Positions 62,728-64,000 of a stretch of 64,000 nt of DNA are shown here, piece by piece. Made by a program: the position numbers and the translations under genes. Position 1 is the first letter of the stretch, and every line of letters begins with the position of its first letter. Below the pieces are notes generated by a model. That model saw nothing but the letters and a program-made list of their open reading frames with translations. It was not told the DNA's origin and made no database searches. Origin of the DNA: Clostridia bacterium (GTDB lineage Bacteria > Bacillota > Clostridia > Oscillospirales > CAG-272); assembly GCA_017447775.1 (NCBI GenBank), contig JAFSMU010000009.1, forward strand, positions 4,531 through 68,530, in the 5' to 3' direction.

Positions 62728-64000
62728 TCAGTCTGATTTCACGCTGTAATTGGGCGCTTCTTTTGTGATGTTAATGTCGTGCGGGTGGGATTCGCGCAGT
62801 CCCGCGCTTGAAATCTTTATGAACTGCCCGTTCTTTTGAAGATCGGGTATCGTCTTTGCTCCGCAGTAACCCATACCGGAGCGGATGCCGCCGACAAGCT
62901 GGAAAACAGTGTCTGCAAGCGGCCCTTTGTACGGAACGCGCCCCTCGACGCCCTCGGGGACGAGCTTTGTCGAGTTTGTCTGGAAGTATCTGTCTTTTGA
63001 GCCTTTCTCCATCGCCGCAAGCGAGCCCATGCCGCGATAGACTTTGAAGCGTCTGCCCTGGTATATTTCGCTCTCGCCGGGGCTTTCCTCGCATCCTGCG
63101 AAAAGCGAGCCGATCATTACGCTGTCAGCGCCCGCGGCAAGCGATTTTACGATGTCGCCGCTGTATTTTATGCCGCCGTCGGCGATGACGGGGATGTTGT
63201 ATTTTGCCGCAACGCACGCAACGTCATAGATCGCGGTGATCTGCGGCACGCCGATGCCGGCGATGATCCTCGTCGTGCATATCGAGCCGGGGCCGATGCC
63301 GACTTTTAACGCGTCAGCGCCCGCTTTTATAAGGTCTGTCGCCGCCTCTGCCGTTGCGATATTGCCGCCGATGAGCTGGCAGTCGGGGAACGCGGTCTTG
63401 ACTTTGCAGATAGCGTCGAGTATTCCCTTTGAGTGACCGTGTGCGGAGTCGAGAACAAGCACGTCGGCGCCCGCGTCAAGCAGCGCTTTCGCGCGGTCAA
63501 GAATGTCGCCCGTTACGCCGATCGCCGCGCCGCAAAGCAGTCTTCCGCGGCTGTCTTTTGCGGAGTTCGGGTATTTCATCACTTTTTCAATGTCTTTTGT
63601 GGTGATAAGGCCTTTGAGGTGCCCCTGCTCGTCGACAAGCGGCAGTTTTTCGATCTTGTATCTCGAAAGGATGCTAAGCGCTTCCTCGTGCGTCGTTCCG
63701 ACGTGCGAGGTTATAAGGTGGTCCTTTGTCATAACGTCGGCGATCTTTCCGCTCATATCGGTAAGGTAGCGCATATCGCGGTTTGTGATTATACCGACGA
63801 GTATGTTGTCGTCGTCAACTATCGGAACGCCGGAAATTTTATACTTGTGCATAAGCATTTCGGCTTCTTCCACGGTGTTGTCCGGCCCGAGAGAGAACGG
63901 ATTTGATATGACGCCGTTTTCGCTTCTCTTAACGCGCTCGACCTCGTCCGCCTGCATTGAAATAGGCATATTCTTGTGGATGATGCCGATGCCGCCCTCG
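62728..64000 (-). CDS. guaB: IMP dehydrogenase, partial (N-terminus beyond window end)
   Basis: CBS pair followed by [11 protein letters not shown] and [11 protein letters not shown]. The reading frame continues upstream to the window edge ([12 protein letters not shown]). Confidence 0.95.
   Translation of the reverse strand, partial: EGGIGIIHKNMPISMQADEVERVKRSENGVISNPFSLGPDNTVEEAEMLMHKYKISGVPIVDDDNILVGIITNRDMRYLTDMSGKIADVMTKDHLITSHVGTTHEEALSILSRYKIEKLPLVDEQGHLKGLITTKDIEKVMKYPNSAKDSRGRLLCGAAIGVTGDILDRAKALLDAGADVLVLDSAHGHSKGILDAICKVKTAFPDCQLIGGNIATAEAATDLIKAGADALKVGIGPGSICTTRIIAGIGVPQITAIYDVACVAAKYNIPVIADGGIKYSGDIVKSLAAGADSVMIGSLFAGCEESPGESEIYQGRRFKVYRGMGSLAAMEKGSKDRYFQTNSTKLVPEGVEGRVPYKGPLADTVFQLVGGIRSGMGYCGAKTIPDLQKNGQFIKISSAGLRESHPHDINITKEAPNYSVKSD

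Overview
This is a 64-kb chromosomal window from a Gram-positive, spore-forming anaerobe. The lineage call (Clostridia-like) is my inference from cotJABC, the yloV-degV-acpP-plsX block, strong GGAGG-type ribosome-binding sites and TTGACA/TATAAT promoters. All family calls come from motif recognition by eye; no searches were run.

Content from left to right:
- An SOS-type Y-family polymerase plus a YolD-like gene.
- A lipid-synthesis block (yloV, degV, GNAT, acpP, plsX).
- cotJABC spore-coat genes.
- A glycan-utilisation island of about 11 kb: GH130, a BNR/sialidase-like protein, GNAT-YoaP, SIS, two SGNH esterases, a GH29 fucosidase and a 1028-aa glycosidase.
- A five-gene, translationally coupled operon under a divergent AraC regulator. 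It pairs a SufS-like cysteine desulfurase and a SufE-like protein with two tandem Cys-rich paralogues that resemble fucose/arabinose isomerases.
- A roughly 23-kb minus-strand supercluster (28.5-51.6 kb), which is the main candidate for a novel system.
- Two GGDEF cyclases, a domain-permuted GH3, cstA, tRNA-Ser(UGA), asnA, typA and a partial guaB.

The supercluster has three apparent transcription units, and its parts are:
- Five proteins whose N-termini look like SipW-cognate (TasA-type) signal peptides; one of them is an AT-rich candidate major subunit.
- A giant secreted GLUG/beta-helix protein of about 3,383 aa with no recognisable wall anchor.
- Two divergent ER-type (SipW-like) signal peptidases with unusual charged cytoplasmic tails.
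- Between the two peptidases, a membrane-anchored McrB-like AAA+ GTPase and a partner that looks like McrC (DUF2357) but has no nuclease domain.
- A dead EAL domain encoded by the first gene, an EAL phosphodiesterase encoded by the last gene, and two diguanylate cyclases immediately upstream.

I read this as a c-di-GMP-wired, SipW-dependent surface fibre/adhesin system that has recruited a nuclease-free McrBC-derived NTPase module. I know of no described system with that combination. No CRISPR arrays, transposases, integrases or rRNA genes were seen.
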